From the NCBI GenBank assembly GCA_963748625.1, contig CAVVJT010000004.1:160001-224000 (forward strand): 64,000 nucleotides of DNA, in the 5' to 3' direction. Of the stretch, positions 46,490 through 57,301 are shown in pieces. This DNA is from an uncultured Chloroflexia bacterium. GTDB lineage: Bacteria > Chloroflexota > Limnocylindria > Limnocylindrales > CSP1-4. Position 1 is the stretch's first letter, and the number at the start of each line of letters is the position of its first letter. Made by a program: the position numbers and the translations under genes. The notes under the pieces were generated by a model. That model did not search any database, was not told the DNA's origin, and was given only the letters and a program-made list of their open reading frames with translations.

Positions 46490-47343
46490 TCGGCGTCCTC
46501 GCCGGCGAGCATGTCGATCATCACGTCGGCAAGTTCGGCCGGATGCTGGGCATGGATGTCGTGGTCGCCGGTGAACCAGCGCACGCGTGCATCGGGCAGC
46601 AGGGCCGCGGCGTGCCTGACGTCCTCCCGCTTGCGGAGCTCCCGGTCCGGGTCGCCGCCCGCCGCGGGCACCAGCAGCACCGGCACGGGGATGTGCTCGT
46701 ACAGCGCCGACGGATGGTGGTCCCACATGCCCCGGAGCACCGCGATGTGCCGCTCGTAGGTGAGCCACGGCGCGATCGTCCCGTCCGGGCGGACCTCGAA
46801 GTTGGCGAGGGTGCCTGCGAGGCCGGTCTCGGGCCAGTCCGGGTGCGCACTCCGGATGTACGCCTCGATGTCGCTGCGGTGCAGGCCGGCAAGGCGCGGC
46901 GGCGCGAGGATGGCCTCGCACTCGGCCCACGAGGAGAAGACCGCCGAGGGCTCCAGCCAGCCGCCGTCCACGCAGACCACGCCGCGGGCGCTGTCGTGGT
47001 GGCGTGCCGCCAGGTCGAGCACGACATTCCCGCCCCAGGACTGGCCGGCGACGATCGGCTGGTCGAGCCCGAGCGCGACGATAAGCGCGGCGACGTCGTC
47101 GGCGACGGTCGGCGTGTCGTACGGGCCGTCCGGCTTGGACGACCGCCCATGGCCGCGCAGGTCGACAGTCACCGCGACGTGGCCCCGCTCCGCGAGCCGG
47201 GCGGCCACGCCGTCCCACATCCGGGCATTGGACGCGAGGCCGTGCACGAGCACGAAGGCCGGACGAGCGGCGCCATCGGCCGGCGGCCACCTGTCGGCTG
47301 CGAGCTCCACGCCCTCGGCGACCGGGATCCGCTGGGTCTGCAT
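46486..47343 (-). CDS. alpha/beta-fold hydrolase
   Basis: [19 protein letters not shown] nucleophile elbow, GDHDIH. Confidence 0.88.
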
Positions 47344-47536
47344 GCGCTGATTGTGCCCCTCTCGCGCACTCCGGGCTGCCGCCGGCATGTCGCCGGGGCC
47401 ACGCGGCAGTTGTCAACTCGCCGACCCACCGCAACGGCCTGCGGCCGCATACGATCGAGGCAGGGCAACAACCCGTCCAGTTGCCCCTCCGGGTGCAGGG
47501 AGAGCACCCGGCTCGCGCCCCAGGGGAGTTCCAGCC

Positions 47537-50500
47537 ATGCGTCCCAACCGGTCCACTCGCTGGCGCGCGCCGCGCGCCGCCCTGCTCGCCGTCACGCTGC
47601 TGGCGGCGACGCTCAGCTCGGGGCTGAGCGCTCCCCCGGCGCTGGCCGTCGCCACGGTGCCGGCCGTGACCAGCTTCTTCCCTGCCGTCTCGACCGCGAA
47701 TGGCTCCTTCGCCTACAACCTGTACTTCAACGAACCGGTGACCGGCCTCGATGCGGGGGACTTCGGCACCTCCCGACGCACCTGCTCAGTCGCCTTCTCC
47801 ACCTCGAATTCGATCAACTGGACGATCACCTTGTCCTCCTGCCCGGAGGGCCAGGTGTGGCTCGCGCTGGACGCCCAGAGCGTCACCGCCGCACTTGGGC
47901 CGATCACGGGCCCGACTGCCCCGGCCATCTCGTCCGGCAGCGTCGCGGTCGACCACACCGCCCCGACGTCCAGCGTCTCCTTCGACGCCGCCGGGACGGG
48001 GCCTTCCGCTGCATACAGCGTGTTCGGATCGCCGGTCTACGCAGACCCCGTCTCAGCGCAAGTCGCCTCGGGCGTGCAGTGGCTCGACGTCTACTACGCG
48101 ACGGGATCGGACATGGCGAACCCGACCAAGTGCGGAACGTACGAGCCCGGCGAAGGCGGGCCCGTGAGCGTGACCTGCACCCTCCCGACCACTCCAGGCA
48201 CCTACTGGCTGGGCTCCGCCGCGCGCGACTTCGCCGGCAATGTCGAGACCCTCACCGCCGATGACTCCGTCGTCGTGGACGGAACGCCGCCCTCGGCCAC
48301 GGTGACCCAGCGGGGCAACCTCACCAACGCGCAGCCCGTGCAGTTCGACGTCAGCTACAGCGAGCCCGTGTTCGGCCTGACCGTCGATGACTTCACGAGG
48401 ACCGGCGGCTGCACCACCGCCGGCATCACCGGCACCGGCCCCTACGTCCTGTCCCTGTCCGGGTGCCCCGACGGTGCCGTGTCAGTCACGCACATCCTCA
48501 ACAGCCTGACCGACATCGGCGGCAACACCGGGCCCGCCACGGCGGGCACCAGGACCACCACGCTCGACACCACGCGGCCCGCGTCGGTCGGGTCCATCAC
48601 GCCCACGGTGACGGCAGCGTCCAGCGTGACCGTCGACTACGCCGCGTCGGATGCGACGTCCGGGCTCGCCCAGGTGAACGCGTACCGCACCCTCGTGGAC
48701 CAGCCCCCGGCTCCTGTGCTGTGCGGCACGACCGCATCCAGCGCGACGAGTGGCACCGTGACGTGCACCCTTCCCGACGGCGACTGGTACGTCTACACCA
48801 TCGCCAACGACGTGGCCGGCAACACCGAGCTCGCCCCGGCAATCGCCGACGACAAGATCCTTCGCGACGGGACCGGGCCCTCGGTCACGATCACCCCCGA
48901 CGCGACGCACACCAACGGGAGCCCGACCTACGGGCTCGTCTTCTCCGAGGACGCGACCGGTGTGGACGCCCCGGACTTCATGGTGTCCCCGCCGCTGTGC
49001 ACGTCGACCACGCTGTTGGGCTCCGGGACGGACTGGTCCGTCACCCTCAACGGATGCCCCGAGGGCTCCGTGACTCTCTCGCTCTCACCGGCCACCGTCG
49101 CCGACGCGCTGGGCAACCTGGGGCCGGCCGCCCTGGCCTCCGCGGCGCCGGTCGTCGTCGACAGGGCCCTCCCCACCGTCAGCTCCATCGTGCTCGCCGC
49201 CGCGTCCGACTCCGGACGCCTCAACAGCGATCGCCTGACCAACACGACCTCGCCGGTCTTCACGATGACCTTCAGCGAGCCGCTCGAGACCGGCCCGTCC
49301 GCGGGCGCCATCTCGTTCACCGGCAGTGGCTCGGCGAACTGCACGGCCGGAACCCCCACGGGCGGCGGCGCAGAGTGGTCCGTGCCGGTCACCAACTGCA
49401 ACCAGGGCACCGTCGTCCTCCACTACGAGGGCTCGACTGCGCTCGACCTCGCCGGCAACACCGATCCGGCGGTCGATACCGCGTCCGCCACCGTCACCAT
49501 CGACACCACCGCCCCGACGCTCACCCTGACGCCTTCCGGCTCCTCCCCCACGTCCAGCACGTCGCTCGGCTTCGTGGTGCAGGGCAACGAGGCGCTCAAC
49601 TGCTCCACGCTGAGCGGCACCAACGGCGTCGACTTCGCCTTCACCAACGTGGCCTCGACGGACACGTCCATCACCGGCGTGAACTCGTGCGCCCTGCCGG
49701 TCACGAGCTCCATCTCAGGCGGCGCGACTGGTGCCACGATGCTCACCAAGGCCGCGAGCTTCAGCGTCAGCGATGACGCCGGCAACCCGGCCACCGCAAT
49801 CTCGGGCTCGCCCGCCTCGGTTACCGTGGACCGCGCAGCCCCGACCGTGGTGCTGGCACCGATCGCCACCGCGGTGAGCGCCACCGGAGCCACGTACACC
49901 GCCACCTTCGACGAGCCGACCGGCACGCCGGCCGCGAGCGCCTTCTCGATCGCCGGCAGCACGGCGACGGGCTGTTTCGTGGCCCCGCCTGAGGTCTCCG
50001 GCGACCACGTCCAGGTCGTCGTCGAGTGCGCCAGCACCGGCATGGTGCAGCTGCGGCTGCTCGCCAACTCGGTCATGGACGAAGCGGGCAACCTGGGCCC
50101 AAGCGTCGACGTGGACGCGGCGACGGTGACCCTCGACCTCGAGGCACCGGTCGTGAGCAGCCTCACCGTCACGCCCCGGGTCGGGGGTCGAGTGGCCGGT
50201 TCGTCGATCCCGGTGACCGTCGCCTGGACCGGGACCGACCCCGGCGGCACCGGCATCGCCTCCTACGCGGTCGAGCGCTCGCCAGACGGCGGAGCCACCT
50301 GGGGCCCGGCCACCGGCACGTTCAGCGGCGCGTCCCTCGCCACCACGATGCCTGCGACCGGCAGCGTCCTGTTCCGGGCGCGCGGCACCGACAACGCGAG
50401 CAACACCGGTGCTTTCGGACCGGCGTCCACGACCTCGCCGACCAGCGCCAGCCTCGTCCAGCAGGGTGCGAAGGCCGTCACGTACAAGGGCACGTGGACC

Positions 50501-50812
50501 ACCGCGAAGTCCTCGTCGTTCTCCGGCGGCTCGGCCAAGTACGCCAAGACCAAGGGGCGCTCCGCGTCCTACACGTTCACCGGTCGGTCGGTCGCGTTCG
50601 TGAGCACGAACGCCTCGAACCGGGGCAGGGTGAAGATCTACGTCAACGGCACCCTCGCGAAGACGGTGGACCTCAAGGGCGCCACCAAGTACGGCGCCGT
50701 CGTGTGGCAGCAGACCTGGTCGACATCGGCCAAGCGCACCGTCAAGGTCGTGGTGCAGGGCACCAGCGGCCGTCCGCGGGCGGACGTTGACGCCTTCGTC
50801 GTCCTCAAGTAG
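47537..50812 (+). CDS. large secreted protein with tandem bacterial Ig-like domains and a C-terminal beta-sandwich
   Basis: signal peptide; about 8 DxAGN-type Ig repeat ends; SDSG...DRLTN Big-type motif; Thr/Ser-rich. Confidence 0.82.
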   Translation: MRPNRSTRWRAPRAALLAVTLLAATLSSGLSAPPALAVATVPAVTSFFPAVSTANGSFAYNLYFNEPVTGLDAGDFGTSRRTCSVAFSTSNSINWTITLSSCPEGQVWLALDAQSVTAALGPITGPTAPAISSGSVAVDHTAPTSSVSFDAAGTGPSAAYSVFGSPVYADPVSAQVASGVQWLDVYYATGSDMANPTKCGTYEPGEGGPVSVTCTLPTTPGTYWLGSAARDFAGNVETLTADDSVVVDGTPPSATVTQRGNLTNAQPVQFDVSYSEPVFGLTVDDFTRTGGCTTAGITGTGPYVLSLSGCPDGAVSVTHILNSLTDIGGNTGPATAGTRTTTLDTTRPASVGSITPTVTAASSVTVDYAASDATSGLAQVNAYRTLVDQPPAPVLCGTTASSATSGTVTCTLPDGDWYVYTIANDVAGNTELAPAIADDKILRDGTGPSVTITPDATHTNGSPTYGLVFSEDATGVDAPDFMVSPPLCTSTTLLGSGTDWSVTLNGCPEGSVTLSLSPATVADALGNLGPAALASAAPVVVDRALPTVSSIVLAAASDSGRLNSDRLTNTTSPVFTMTFSEPLETGPSAGAISFTGSGSANCTAGTPTGGGAEWSVPVTNCNQGTVVLHYEGSTALDLAGNTDPAVDTASATVTIDTTAPTLTLTPSGSSPTSSTSLGFVVQGNEALNCSTLSGTNGVDFAFTNVASTDTSITGVNSCALPVTSSISGGATGATMLTKAASFSVSDDAGNPATAISGSPASVTVDRAAPTVVLAPIATAVSATGATYTATFDEPTGTPAASAFSIAGSTATGCFVAPPEVSGDHVQVVVECASTGMVQLRLLANSVMDEAGNLGPSVDVDAATVTLDLEAPVVSSLTVTPRVGGRVAGSSIPVTVAWTGTDPGGTGIASYAVERSPDGGATWGPATGTFSGASLATTMPATGSVLFRARGTDNASNTGAFGPASTTSPTSASLVQQGAKAVTYKGTWTTAKSSSFSGGSAKYAKTKGRSASYTFTGRSVAFVSTNASNRGRVKIYVNGTLAKTVDLKGATKYGAVVWQQTWSTSAKRTVKVVVQGTSGRPRADVDAFVVLK

Positions 50813-50848
50813 ATCCCGAGTGTGGTGCACCAGGAGCAGAATTGACGG

Positions 50849-52348
50849 GTGACGCACCTCCACCCGGCCCGCCTGCTCCTGGTGTCCTCCATGGCCTGCA
50901 CGCTCCTCACCGGATCGCTGGCTGCCTGCGGGGCACCGGCATCCTCCTCCGCCTCCCCCTCCCAGGACGCGCCGGCTGCCGGTGCCACGGTGAGCCCCGT
51001 TGACGCGGACGCCGCCGGCATCGGCGGCCGTTTCGTCGAAGCCCTCGCCTCGGGCGACATGGCGGCCGCCGAGGCGATGGAGGACGCGACCATGCGCGGG
51101 GCGGCCCCGGCCAGCGCGCTCGCCCAGCTCTGGGCGCAGCTCGTCGGGCAGTTCGGCGTGTACCAGGGCATCGGCACCGTCACCACCGGGCCGGCGGGCG
51201 AGTACGTCAACGCCACCGTCGAGACCTTCTTCGCCGACAGCACCGTCCCGCTGATCGTCACCGTGGACACGGCAGGCGCTGTCGCCGGGCTCCATCTCGG
51301 CGAGCCCGGGCCGGCAGCGAGCCCGTCGGCCGCGGGCCCGGCGGCATCGGGCCCGGCGGCGTCGGGATCGGCCGCGCCGTCCGCCAGCGCGACGACGGCA
51401 CCGCCCTCCGCCGCCTACGTCGACCCGGACGCCTTCACGGAGACCGACGTCACGGTCGGGATGGAGCCGTGGGCACTGCCGGGGACCCTCTCGATGCCGA
51501 AGGGCGACGGTCCGTTCCCCGCCGTCGTCCTGGTCGCGGGCTCCGGCCCGCAGGACCGCGACGAGACGATCGGCCCGAACAAGCCGCTCCGTGACATCGC
51601 CTGGGGCCTTGCGTCCAGCGGAATCGCGGTGCTGCGCTACGACAAGCGCACCAAGGCGCACCAGGCGGAGATGGCCCCGGTGGCGGCGACGATCACGGTG
51701 AAGGAGGAGGTCCTCGACGACGCGGTCGCCGCGGTGGACCTCCTGCGGGCAACGCCCGGGATCGACCCGGACCGCGTCGTGGTGGCCGGCCACAGCCTCG
51801 GCGGGTACCTGGCGCCCCGGATCGCGGAACAGGCGGCCGGCCGCGTCGCCGGAGTCGCCTTGCTCGAAGGCAGCATCAGCCCGCTCGAGGACCTCATCGA
51901 GGCCCAGCTCACCTACCTCACCTCCGATGCGGGCGGCGCCGACCCGACCGCGAAGGCCATGCTCGAGGCGCTCCCGGCCCAGCTCGAGGCGCTTCGCTCG
52001 CCTGATCTCTCGCCCACCACACCCGCGTCAGAGCTCCCGCTGGGCATACCGGCCGCGTACTGGCTGGACCTGCGGACGTACGACGCGGGCACGACCGCCG
52101 CCGCCCTTGGCATCCCGATCCTGGTGGTGCAGGGCGGTCGTGACTACCAGGTGCCCCCGTCCGAGGCGGAGCTCTGGCGCACCGCCCTCGTCGGCACGAA
52201 GGACGTGACCATCACGACCTACCCATCCCTGAACCACCTGATGCTCGCGGGCGATGGCCCTCCGCGCCCGACCGAGTACGCGACTCCCGGCCACGTCGAC
52301 GAGGCGGTCGTCACCGATCTCGCCGCCTGGGTGCGCGCGCTCCCCTGA
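50849..52348 (+). CDS. lipoprotein alpha/beta hydrolase with DUF3887-like N-terminal domain
   Basis: lipobox LAAC; GSGPQDRDE, LRYDKRT, GHSLGG, QGGRDYQV, LNHL. Confidence 0.85.
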   Translation: MTHLHPARLLLVSSMACTLLTGSLAACGAPASSSASPSQDAPAAGATVSPVDADAAGIGGRFVEALASGDMAAAEAMEDATMRGAAPASALAQLWAQLVGQFGVYQGIGTVTTGPAGEYVNATVETFFADSTVPLIVTVDTAGAVAGLHLGEPGPAASPSAAGPAASGPAASGSAAPSASATTAPPSAAYVDPDAFTETDVTVGMEPWALPGTLSMPKGDGPFPAVVLVAGSGPQDRDETIGPNKPLRDIAWGLASSGIAVLRYDKRTKAHQAEMAPVAATITVKEEVLDDAVAAVDLLRATPGIDPDRVVVAGHSLGGYLAPRIAEQAAGRVAGVALLEGSISPLEDLIEAQLTYLTSDAGGADPTAKAMLEALPAQLEALRSPDLSPTTPASELPLGIPAAYWLDLRTYDAGTTAAALGIPILVVQGGRDYQVPPSEAELWRTALVGTKDVTITTYPSLNHLMLAGDGPPRPTEYATPGHVDEAVVTDLAAWVRALP

Positions 52349-52378
52349 ACGGGACCCAGCCGCTCACCCCGGGGCTGG

Positions 52379-52708
52379 TCAGTCGAGGTGGAACAGCTCA
52401 TCCATCGAGGCCCACCACTCGCCGGGCGCCCGATCCTCGAGCGGCTCCTGGAGCGGGCTGTTGACGGCCCACCAGGCCTGCGTGGCGGGATCCTCGGCCA
52501 TCTTCTGCATGTCTGCCTGGTAGTCATCCCCCACGTACTCGAAGTACGAGAACAGCCAGCCACCCCTGTGGAAGATCGTGTAGTTGCGGATGTTGCACGC
52601 GGTGATCATCGAGAGCACCGACGGCCAGACCGCCCGATGCAGCTCGGCATACCGGGCCAGGTTCTCGGGCGGCACGCGAAGGACGCTGCCGTAGCGCTGC
52701 ATGGTCAT
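52379..52708 (-). CDS. L-rhamnose mutarotase family protein
   Basis: YAELHRAVWP...IRNYTIF...LFSYFEY...TQAWW...MDELFHLD. Confidence 0.85.
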   Translation of the reverse strand: MTMQRYGSVLRVPPENLARYAELHRAVWPSVLSMITACNIRNYTIFHRGGWLFSYFEYVGDDYQADMQKMAEDPATQAWWAVNSPLQEPLEDRAPGEWWASMDELFHLD

Positions 52709-53790
52709 CGTTCTCCTGCTGTCGTGACGAACGCTCCGCCGCGATGTGCCGCCAGGTATTCCGTGGCGAACCTGTCGTCGCCCAGGACGACGGCGGCCGC
52801 GAGGCGGAACGGGTGCGAGGTGCGCTCAAGTGTCCGGACGTGATCGAGCTGTACCGACGCCGGATCGAGAATCCCTGAGTCAACGCCGGCGTCCATCGCG
52901 AGCGCGACGAAGGTCTCGTTGAGCAGCCTCCGGTTCGGCAGTCCGAAGCTGATGTTCGATAGACCGCCGGTGATGTGGACCTCGGGTCCGTGGTTCGCAC
53001 GGAACGCCCGACTCGCCCCCAGGAACGTGCTGCCGCCGTCGCACTCGATGCCCGCGGGGAGCACCAGCAGGTCGACGTGGCAGGCGGCGGGAGCCACGCC
53101 CCGCGCAAGCGCGGCCTCGAGCATCGCCTCGGCGCACTCCAGGCGCTCGCGGATGCCTGGCGCCGCACCGCCACCCCGGACTGCCGACAGCACGACCGCG
53201 GCATGTAGCTCGGCAGCCAGGTCGAGCACCTCAAGGCGCTCCAGCGAGGCCGAGTTCAGCAGCAACGGTCCGCTTGGCGCGCGGCTCGCGCGCAGTCCGG
53301 CCTCCAGCACCTCAGGGCTCGACGAGTCCAACGACAACGGCACGCCGAGCTCGGGCTCGAGCAGGCGGACGAGCCACGCCATCGTCAGACAGCGCACGCC
53401 GAGATCCTCGTCGATGTCGTCGACGTTGACATCGATGTACCGCGCGCCGGCCCGCTGCTGGCGGACGGCAGCGGCCACCAGGTACGCACGTGCGTCCTGG
53501 GCGGCTTCCGGCGCGATGCCGCCGACGCGCCTCGCCGGCAGCAGTCCGTCGCCGGCGAGGCCCAAGAGCAGCGCATTCTTGATGTGCTTCACCCGGAGCC
53601 GCGCGTACTCCTCGGAGTGCGCGATGGACGCCGCAATCGGGCACGTGCGCTCGGTGCCGGACGCATCGAGGAACTGCAGGACCTCCGCCCCGTCGAGCGT
53701 GGCCATGCTCTGGCCGCGGCGCGCACAGGTGCGTGACGCGTGCACGTTCTCGCCGATCACCACGAAGGGCTCGGCCTGGTCGGCGCTCAC
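52705..53790 (-). CDS. pterin-binding methyl-THF:corrinoid methyltransferase (AcsE / MetH folate-domain-like)
   Basis: IGENV, IDVNVD, LSLDSS, LNSAS, GGLSNISFGLP.R..LN..F. Confidence 0.8.
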   Translation of the reverse strand: MSADQAEPFVVIGENVHASRTCARRGQSMATLDGAEVLQFLDASGTERTCPIAASIAHSEEYARLRVKHIKNALLLGLAGDGLLPARRVGGIAPEAAQDARAYLVAAAVRQQRAGARYIDVNVDDIDEDLGVRCLTMAWLVRLLEPELGVPLSLDSSSPEVLEAGLRASRAPSGPLLLNSASLERLEVLDLAAELHAAVVLSAVRGGGAAPGIRERLECAEAMLEAALARGVAPAACHVDLLVLPAGIECDGGSTFLGASRAFRANHGPEVHITGGLSNISFGLPNRRLLNETFVALAMDAGVDSGILDPASVQLDHVRTLERTSHPFRLAAAVVLGDDRFATEYLAAHRGGAFVTTAGER

Positions 53791-53836
53791 GAGCGGCGGT
53801 TTCGATCGAGGGCCGAGGTGGTCGCGGGGTCGCCGG

Positions 53837-54463
53837 CTACCGGGCCAGCAGGCCGCGGGCCAGGTCGACGGCCGCACCGGCATCGGGGGCGTAGCCGTCG
53901 GCGCCGATCTGCGCCGCGAACTCGGGGGTGACCGGCGCGCCGCCCACGACCACCCTGGCCCGCAGGCCCGCGGCCCGCACGGCCTCGACCACGCCGCGCA
54001 TGCCGGGCATGGTCGTGGTGAGCAGCGCGCTGATGCCGATGATGTGGACGTCGTGCTCCCGGGCCGCCTCGACGAAGCGGGCCGCCGGGACGTTGACACC
54101 GAGGTCGATGACCTCGATGCCGCCGCCCTTCCACATCATGCCCACGAGGTTCTTGCCGATGTCGTGGAGGTCCCCCTCCACCGTGCCCACGATGGCCCGG
54201 AACTCGGGGGTCACGCCGGCCGCGAGCAGGGCGGGCTCCAGGATCTCCGTGCCGGCCTTCATGGCCCGCGCGGCGATCAGCATCTCGGGGACGAACAGCT
54301 CGCCCTCCTGGAACTTGCGGCCCACCACGTCCATCGCCGCGGTCATCGCGTCGAGGACCGTCGTGGGGTCGAGCCCCTCGTCGAGGGCGGCCTGGGTGAG
54401 CTCCGCTGCGGCCTTGCGGTTGCCCGCCTCCACGGCGGCGGTGAGGGCGGCGAGGTCGGCCAT
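53837..54463 (-). CDS. corrinoid (B12-binding) protein
   Basis: FVPEMLIAARAMK cap domain; GTVEGDLHDIGKNLV (DxHxxG), ISALLTTT, VGGAP. Confidence 0.92.
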   Translation of the reverse strand: MADLAALTAAVEAGNRKAAAELTQAALDEGLDPTTVLDAMTAAMDVVGRKFQEGELFVPEMLIAARAMKAGTEILEPALLAAGVTPEFRAIVGTVEGDLHDIGKNLVGMMWKGGGIEVIDLGVNVPAARFVEAAREHDVHIIGISALLTTTMPGMRGVVEAVRAAGLRARVVVGGAPVTPEFAAQIGADGYAPDAGAAVDLARGLLAR

Positions 54464-54494
54464 GGTGGTGCGTCTCCGGTAGGTCTCGTGGGGC

Positions 54495-56000
54495 TCAGGC
54501 GAGGTAGCGGCCGATCTCGGCGCTGACTTCGTCGTAGGTTCGCTGGCGCTCGTTGAGGTCCGTGACCTCGCCAACGATGTGGAACTTGCGGAAGACCAGG
54601 ATCCGGCGGGCGAGGTGGACCATCTCGGGAAGGTCGGAGGAGATCAGGATGATCGACTTCCCGTCCTTCTTCGCGAGATCCCAGATCAGCTGGTGGATCG
54701 CCTCCTTGGCGCCGACGTCCACCCCGATCGTGGGCTCGTCCACGATCAGCGTGTCGCAGCCCGCGGCCAGCCACTTGGCGATGCTGACCTTCTGCTGGTT
54801 GCCGCCCGACAGCCTCCCGACCGGCTGCTCCATGCTGGTGGCCCGGACCTCCACGGCCTCCATGTACTCCCGCGCGACGTCCCGCTCCTTCGCGAGGCTG
54901 ATCCCGACAAGCGGCTTCGAGATGCGGTCCCAGACGGTGATGGCGATGTTGGTCTTGATGCTGGCGCCCAGGATCAGGCCCTTCTCCTTGCGGTTCTCGG
55001 AGATGTAGCCCAGGCGGTACCGCCCGAGGGCATCCGCCATGCCGCGGATGCGGACGGGCACGCCCTTGACCAGGACCTCCCCGTCGTAGGCCGGGTCCTC
55101 CCCCACCAGGATCTGCGCAAGCTCAGTCCGGCCCGAGCCCACGAGTCCGTAGAAGCCGAGGATCTCGCCTGCGTGGAGCTCGAAGCCCGCGCCGTCGAAC
55201 CGGTCCGCCTGGCTGATCCCACGGGCCTCCAGCACGACGGTGGAGGCATCGATGTCGAGCGACCCCAGCCAGTCGTTGCGCGCGTCGCGGCCCAGCATCA
55301 TGGTCACGATGGCATCCTTGGTGAGCTCGGCGGCCGGGCGCGTTCCGACAAGGCGGCCGTCCCGGAGCACTGAGACACGGTCCGCGATGTCGAGGACCTC
55401 CTCGAGCTTGTGGCTCACGAACACCAGCGTCACGCCCTCTTCACGCAGACGGCGGAGCACGGTGAACAGGTTGTTCGCCTCGTGGAGCGTGAGCGACGAG
55501 GTTGGCTCATCCAGGATCAGCACGCGGGCATCGGCCGAGAGCGCCCGGGCGATCATCACGAGCTGCTTCTGGGCAGCGGACAGCCCGCCGGCCTGGTTCG
55601 AGACGGGCACCTCGAGGCCGACCAGCGCCGTGTAGCGCGCGGCCTCCCGGGCAAGCCCGCTCCAGTCGAGCCGGCCTCGCTTGTGGAAGCGCTCGAGCTT
55701 GTCGAGCATGACGTTCTCGGCAATCGTGGCCTTCGGGACGACCTGGATCTCCTGGCTGACCAGGTTGATCCCGACCCGCATGGCGTCGCTGTAGCTGTGG
55801 AGCGCGAGGGTCGTGCCGTCAAGGGCGACCGAGCCCTCGTCGGGCTCGTGGATCCCGCAGATGACCTTGATGAGGGTGCTCTTGCCAGCGCCGTTCTCAC
55901 CGACGACCGCATGGATCTCGCCGGGTTCGAACGTCAGCGAGACCTCGCTGAGCGCGCGTACCCCGGGGAACTGCTTGCTGACGTCCTGGACGTGGAGCAT
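54495..56000 (-). CDS. sugar ABC transporter ATP-binding protein (RbsA/MglA type, two NBDs)
   Basis: GENGAGKST, ILDEPT, LSGGNQQKV, DEPTIGVDVGAK. Confidence 0.93.
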   Translation of the reverse strand: MLHVQDVSKQFPGVRALSEVSLTFEPGEIHAVVGENGAGKSTLIKVICGIHEPDEGSVALDGTTLALHSYSDAMRVGINLVSQEIQVVPKATIAENVMLDKLERFHKRGRLDWSGLAREAARYTALVGLEVPVSNQAGGLSAAQKQLVMIARALSADARVLILDEPTSSLTLHEANNLFTVLRRLREEGVTLVFVSHKLEEVLDIADRVSVLRDGRLVGTRPAAELTKDAIVTMMLGRDARNDWLGSLDIDASTVVLEARGISQADRFDGAGFELHAGEILGFYGLVGSGRTELAQILVGEDPAYDGEVLVKGVPVRIRGMADALGRYRLGYISENRKEKGLILGASIKTNIAITVWDRISKPLVGISLAKERDVAREYMEAVEVRATSMEQPVGRLSGGNQQKVSIAKWLAAGCDTLIVDEPTIGVDVGAKEAIHQLIWDLAKKDGKSIILISSDLPEMVHLARRILVFRKFHIVGEVTDLNERQRTYDEVSAEIGRYLA

Positions 56001-56050
56001 GAGGTCGACTCCGGCTGCACCCTGGGGACCGGCCGACGGCCGGGCGAGGG

Positions 56051-56092
56051 CCGGGCGAGGTGACGGCGGGGAACCACCGCCACCTCGCCCGG
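56051..56092 (-). terminator. strong stem-loop after the binding-protein gene (mRNA stabiliser or partial terminator)
   Basis: CCGGGCGAGGTG / CACCTCGCCCGG 12-bp inverted repeat; no U tract. Confidence 0.5.
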
Positions 56093-56098
56093 TGGGTC

Positions 56099-57241
56099 CT
56101 ACTTGGTCAGGACATCCGTCGTGAGGGTGGCCTTGATCTGGTCGGTCACCTTCGCGATGTCATCGGCGAACGTGTTCAGATTGGCCTGGGTCACGAACGC
56201 CGTGCCGGTGTCCACCTTGTACACGCCCGGCTTCACGGTGTAGCCATCGGCCATGCACATCAGGGCCAGCGTGGACAGGTAGCCGTGGCCGAAGGGGTTC
56301 TGGGAGATGGTGCCGTCCATCACGCCGTCCTCGATCGCCTTGATGACGATCGGGTCGGTGTCGATGCCGACGGCGTGGATGGTCCGGTCGCCGCCCTGGG
56401 CCTTGTAGTCGGTGAGAACCTGCGCGATCGCGACGCTGGGCGTGAAGCCGGTGGCGATGATCCCGTCAACGGTGCCGCTGTTCGCAGCGATCGCGTCGGT
56501 GACCTTCTGGACCGCTTCCTCGGCGCTCTTCATCCCGGAGATCTCCTGGATGATCTTGACGTCCGGGTACTTCGCGACGACTTCCTCGATCCCCTGCTTG
56601 CGGAGGACGGTGTTGGGATCCTCGAGGACCTCGAGGACGTTGATGACGTTGCCCTTGCCGCCCATGGTCTGGATCAGCGCCTCGGCCGCCTGCGAGGCCG
56701 CAGCCTTGACGTCGGTCGCGAAGACCAGCTTGGCCGGCGTCGGCTCAGCAGTGGAACCGCCGAAGTTGACGATCGTGGCGCCCTCGGCCGTCAGCTCCTC
56801 GTAGAGGGCGTTGGCGCCGTTGGCGTCGGACGGGTAGACGGTGAAGTAGCGCGAGCCCTTGGCGAACAACGCCTGCATGCCCTGGTTCTGCGCGTCCTGG
56901 GTCCAGTCCGGCCCGACCTGGAGGACCGGGGCGAACCCGAACTCAGCGCCGGCCGCCTCGACGCCCGGCTTGACGGTGTCGAAGTAGGGGTGCGGCGCGG
57001 ATGCGTACCAGACGGGCGCGAAGTCAGCCGGTGCCGCGCAGGCGAAGCCGGTGGCGGCCTCGGTGGCGGCCGGAGCCTCGGTGGCGGCCGGCGCTTCGGT
57101 CGCTGCCGGAGCCTCGGTGGCGGCGGGTGCCTCAGTGGCTGCCGGTGCCTGGGTGGCCGTCCCGGTGCCGGAACAGGCCGCGAAGAGCATGCCGGCCGAC
57201 AGGGCCAGCACGAGGGCCTTGGGAAGGGAGCGATTGGACAT
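56099..57241 (-). CDS. sugar ABC transporter substrate-binding lipoprotein with (TEAPAA)n linker
   Basis: lipobox FAAC; about 5 copies of an 18-bp TEAPAA repeat; HPYF, VGID, TISQNPFGHGY periplasmic sugar-binding motifs. Confidence 0.9.
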   Translation of the reverse strand: MSNRSLPKALVLALSAGMLFAACSGTGTATQAPAATEAPAATEAPAATEAPAATEAPAATEAATGFACAAPADFAPVWYASAPHPYFDTVKPGVEAAGAEFGFAPVLQVGPDWTQDAQNQGMQALFAKGSRYFTVYPSDANGANALYEELTAEGATIVNFGGSTAEPTPAKLVFATDVKAAASQAAEALIQTMGGKGNVINVLEVLEDPNTVLRKQGIEEVVAKYPDVKIIQEISGMKSAEEAVQKVTDAIAANSGTVDGIIATGFTPSVAIAQVLTDYKAQGGDRTIHAVGIDTDPIVIKAIEDGVMDGTISQNPFGHGYLSTLALMCMADGYTVKPGVYKVDTGTAFVTQANLNTFADDIAKVTDQIKATLTTDVLTK

Positions 57242-57301
57242 GGTCGGGTGGGTCCTCAAGTGGGGTGTGATGGCGTGGACTGGGCGAGGGCTGACTGCGT
57301 G

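Noticed and set aside
45197-47434. 745-aa ORF as a single protein, or a cysS call
   Set aside because: The first 315 codons overlap the alpha/beta hydrolase in another frame; the real start is 46489, and there is no HIGH/KMSKS synthetase core
52705-54463. Split or frameshifted metH pseudogene
   Set aside because: Both parts are intact stand-alone modules typical of corrinoid methyltransferase systems; no homocysteine-binding domain is nearby
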